IMG/VR virus record: IMGVR_UViG_3300032320_000934
Span: 1-35,523 of that record
DNA from: a virus
Lineage: Duplodnaviria; Caudoviricetes
Reading direction: 5' to 3' (one strand)
DNA: 35,523 nucleotides
The notes under the pieces were generated by a model, which worked only from the letters and a program-made list of their open reading frames with translations, was not told the origin of the DNA and did no database searches. Positions 33,782-35,523 of the stretch are shown here, one piece after another. Position numbers and translations under genes: made by a program. How positions within the stretch are numbered: the first letter of the stretch is position 1; each line of letters begins with the position of its first letter.

Positions 33782-35067
33782 TGGCTATGATTCAGATAAG
33801 AAGTAATCTTGCTACTTCTGATTTAAAAACAAGAATTGCACAGCTACAATCGGATATTACTGTTCTTGATGGGCAAATCTCAACACAAACAGCTTCTGTA
33901 ATTGATGCTGGTGGTGACCCAGCAACAGATACAACTATAATTTCTTATAATGCATCTAAGGCTACTAAACTGCAACAAGTAGCGGAATTACAGGCCCAGT
34001 TAAGTGAGAATGAGCTTAACAATACCCAATCTGCAATTATTGCTACTAGAGCAGCGGCAACTTCTAATCGGACTTACGTACCGGGTTCTTTTATGGATAC
34101 GCCTGGGTATAACGCTGGGCAAGCAGCGCACATTTCTAAACCAAGTAATACTATGGAGTATAACTCCCCTAGTGTTGTTGATGCTTATTACAGCACTAGA
34201 GCAAGCTTTTTATCTGCTGCTGGTTTTTCTTCAAATAGGCCTGGAACAGTTGCTTCTGCAAATGAACTATGGTCTGGGTCAAAATCTAGCAAGGGTATGA
34301 TTGTTTCCTATATTCCACCTTCAAATGGTGTTGAATACCAGGGTGGGCAACAGCCTCCAAGTTCAGTAAGTACCTACGGAACTAATTACGGTTTCCAGTT
34401 CATGTACAACCCAGCCACTATCTCTATGGACTACTCTGGTATGCCTAACGTTGACCAGGGGTTTGAAATTAGCGGCCAAGACAAGTTCGTTATGTATGGA
34501 ACTAACGTTACCCAAAGTACAATTAGTTTCCAGCTTCTCATCAACCGAATGTTTGATATGAAGTACTATGACGAAAACGGTAAGTTAAAGGGAAATGCAA
34601 CAAAAGCATACGCTGGTAAACTCCCATCTGCTAATGCTCAAAAACAAATTTATACTATGGGTACAATGTATGATGTTGAGTATTTGTTAAGAACATTGCT
34701 TGGCTACACACTCAAAAGTTATTTAAGAAATAACCAAACAGCAGATATGGGCTATCTTGGAGCTCGACCTGTTGAACTACACCTAGGTAAATCTCTTAGA
34801 TATCTGGGAACTGTAACTAGCCTGAAAATTGAGCACGTAATCTTTAATGAACAAATGGTTCCTCTGTTTACTAACGTAGGGATAAACTTTGCCCGTCTTC
34901 CTGATTATCCTTTGGTTAATACCCCAGTAGAGCCTGCCCCTACACCTGCTCCTAGTAAACCTGACAATAGTATACGAGGCGGTGGCGGTGGATTCCCTAA
35001 TGATGGTCTTTATGACATGGGTAATCTTGGCGTTGGTGGTGGCCTTAATAATGACTTTATTAACTAA
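33781..35067 (+). CDS. baseplate/tube-initiator-like protein
   Basis: YGFQFMYNPATIS, GTMYDVEYL, FNEQMVP; follows the tape measure gene. Confidence 0.7.
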   Translation: MAMIQIRSNLATSDLKTRIAQLQSDITVLDGQISTQTASVIDAGGDPATDTTIISYNASKATKLQQVAELQAQLSENELNNTQSAIIATRAAATSNRTYVPGSFMDTPGYNAGQAAHISKPSNTMEYNSPSVVDAYYSTRASFLSAAGFSSNRPGTVASANELWSGSKSSKGMIVSYIPPSNGVEYQGGQQPPSSVSTYGTNYGFQFMYNPATISMDYSGMPNVDQGFEISGQDKFVMYGTNVTQSTISFQLLINRMFDMKYYDENGKLKGNATKAYAGKLPSANAQKQIYTMGTMYDVEYLLRTLLGYTLKSYLRNNQTADMGYLGARPVELHLGKSLRYLGTVTSLKIEHVIFNEQMVPLFTNVGINFARLPDYPLVNTPVEPAPTPAPSKPDNSIRGGGGGFPNDGLYDMGNLGVGGGLNNDFIN

Positions 35068-35076
35068 GGAGTAAGA

Positions 35077-35352
35077 ATGATTTATTCAGATAGTAGATAT
35101 GCATCAGGAACTGTACTTAAAGCACAGGATGCTAGAACTGGTGAGTACGTTGTGGCCGTGTATCGTGATTGGCCGGCAATTAAAACTGCTTTTTATTATT
35201 ACACCTGGGTAGACGGTGACCGTATTGACCATGTTGCTGAGGTTTTGCTAGGTAGTTCTGCGTTTTGGTGGAAGATTATGGATTTAAACCCTGAGTATTT
35301 AGACCCGTTTTCAATTGCTGTTGGTTCTACTATAAGGATTCCAAGTGTCTAG
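35077..35352 (+). CDS. LysM-like baseplate wedge protein (P2 gpX / T4 gp53-like)
   Basis: YTWVDGDRIDHVA...LG....WWKIMDLNP...I..GSTIRIP. Confidence 0.85.
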   Translation: MIYSDSRYASGTVLKAQDARTGEYVVAVYRDWPAIKTAFYYYTWVDGDRIDHVAEVLLGSSAFWWKIMDLNPEYLDPFSIAVGSTIRIPSV

Positions 35353-35523
35353 CACCTCTCACAATAAATACCGTAAAGGTACAACATTTAAAGTAAGTTG
35401 GCCATCACTGCCATCTTTTAGTGCTCAACCTATTCGAATTGACCTTATACAAAAGCAGTACAACCATGATGTTGCAATTCTTGAGTATTCTATGGTTAGC
35501 CCCCTTTATTTTGAGACAGTTAA
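35345..35523 (+). CDS. 5' fragment of putative baseplate hub protein (runs off the window)
   Basis: TAAGGA RBS, GTG 35345, frame open to the end; IDLIQKQYNHDVAIL. Confidence 0.6.
   Translation, partial: MSSTSHNKYRKGTTFKVSWPSLPSFSAQPIRIDLIQKQYNHDVAILEYSMVSPLYFETV

Noticed and set aside
10593-34300. Alternative-frame + strand ORFs nested in terminase, scaffold, sheath, tube, tape measure and baseplate genes
   Set aside because: Fully overlapped by confident genes, with no recognisable motifs.
1-35523. tRNA/rRNA genes, integrase or attachment site, alternative genetic code
   Set aside because: No cloverleaf or rRNA-like stretch seen, and intergenic gaps are short. No recombinase is present. 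TAA, TAG and TGA all end confident genes.

Overview
One contiguous segment of a tailed dsDNA phage genome with a contractile tail (myovirus morphotype). All credible genes are on the + strand. Gene order: (1) small hypothetical and accessory genes, including Hsp20, an FmdB zinc ribbon, an HExxH protein and a lipoprotein NlpC/P60; (2) a lysis/envelope-type cassette with membrane proteins, a secreted PA14-FN3-Pro-rich protein and an M23 peptidase; (3) PASTA-like and KTSC proteins; (4) terminase large subunit, portal, scaffold and N4-gp56-type major capsid protein; (5) head-tail adaptor, a block of fibre/decoration genes and head closure; (6) about 3 kb of translationally coupled tiny Lys/Arg- or Cys-rich ORFs plus two HNH genes; (7) neck/terminator, tail sheath, tail tube, tail assembly chaperone pair, tape measure with M23 domain and the start of the baseplate module. 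An actinobacterial host is inferred, not proven, from the peptidoglycan-directed domains, TAGACT/TAGGGT-type -10 boxes and leaderless starts. Leading candidates for follow-up: a probable +1 programmed frameshift (TTT_CGG) in the tail chaperone; one roughly 80-aa beta-module nested inside three unrelated host domains; SigA-type promoters written into terminator hairpins; a twin bulged-G hairpin leader on hsp20; and the array of basic microproteins. All family calls come from recognising motifs by eye; no searches were run.
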